DNA of 63,762 bases, filler included, from Octopus bimaculoides (lineage: Eukaryota): the NCBI RefSeq assembly GCF_001194135.2. It is 6 parts of 5 records of this genome, joined end to end, with 100 filler letters (N's around TTAATTAATTAA, not from the genome) between each part and the next. Parts side by side here need not be neighbours in the genome. Positions count along the whole stretch, not along the records: positions 62,285 to 63,762 come from NC_068981.1; 5 more parts are not named here. One strand, given 5' to 3'. Position 1 is the first letter of the stretch. Each line of letters opens with the position of its first letter. Below, one piece after another: positions 63,437 to 63,762 of the stretch. The position numbers and the translations under genes were made by a program. The notes under the pieces were generated by a model. The model did no database searches. It worked only from the letters and a program-made list of their open reading frames with translations, and was not told where the DNA came from.

Positions 63437-63486
<50 letters not shown>

Positions 63487-63487
63487 T

Positions 63488-63762
63488 TATGTTTGACTTT
63501 TGTTTTGCATTTGTACAAGTTGGATCCAAGTCTCACCCAGAGACCTCAAGAGACAACAAGTTAGAAGTTCATGTAGGTGTTATGCCTAGGGTACCATATA
63601 TTTGGATTTGTACAGTTTTGTTCAAGTGAATGTTTAAGAAACCATAAGAAAATTATGTTTGCTTTAAAATTTGAGATCACATAGACAGTATTTTACGTAG
63701 GATATGGGCAGTTCCCATGAGCACTATCTTTTGGACTTCAGCCATTTTGGGGTTTCCTGGTA
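63488..63762 (-). mobile_element. R4/Dong-clade 3' end (second copy, runs off the window)
   Basis: PGNPKMAEVQKIVLMGTAHILRKILSM* (stop at 63677-63679), then a 3' UTR and an (AAT)n tail at about 63440-63487. Confidence 0.9.

Overview
AT-rich, gap-ridden animal genomic DNA. The SINE families, microsatellite load and scaffolding style suggest an octopus (cephalopod) draft assembly; this is an inference. Most ORFs in the supplied track are microsatellite or N-gap artefacts. The one host gene I can support is a divergent C19orf12/Nazo-like gene on the + strand. It has two coding exons (56413-56593 and 59208-59479) with canonical splice sites, and the intron splits the same glycine codon as in the human gene as I recall it. 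The rest is mostly mobile DNA: several tRNA-headed SINE families, at least six Tc1/mariner relics plus MITEs, RTE, R4/Dong-clade and Tx1-like LINE fragments, a MULE-like relic, and Penelope-like elements (PLEs) whose termini carry minimal, dimer-type hammerhead ribozyme motifs. Other notable items are a decayed about 1.5 kb ORF with weak NACHT-like features, a tandemly duplicated 38-nt candidate exon, weak candidate exons of an unidentified minus-strand gene, and several hairpin elements. All translations and alignments were done by eye. Repeat boundaries are approximate, and reference protein motifs are recalled, not database hits.
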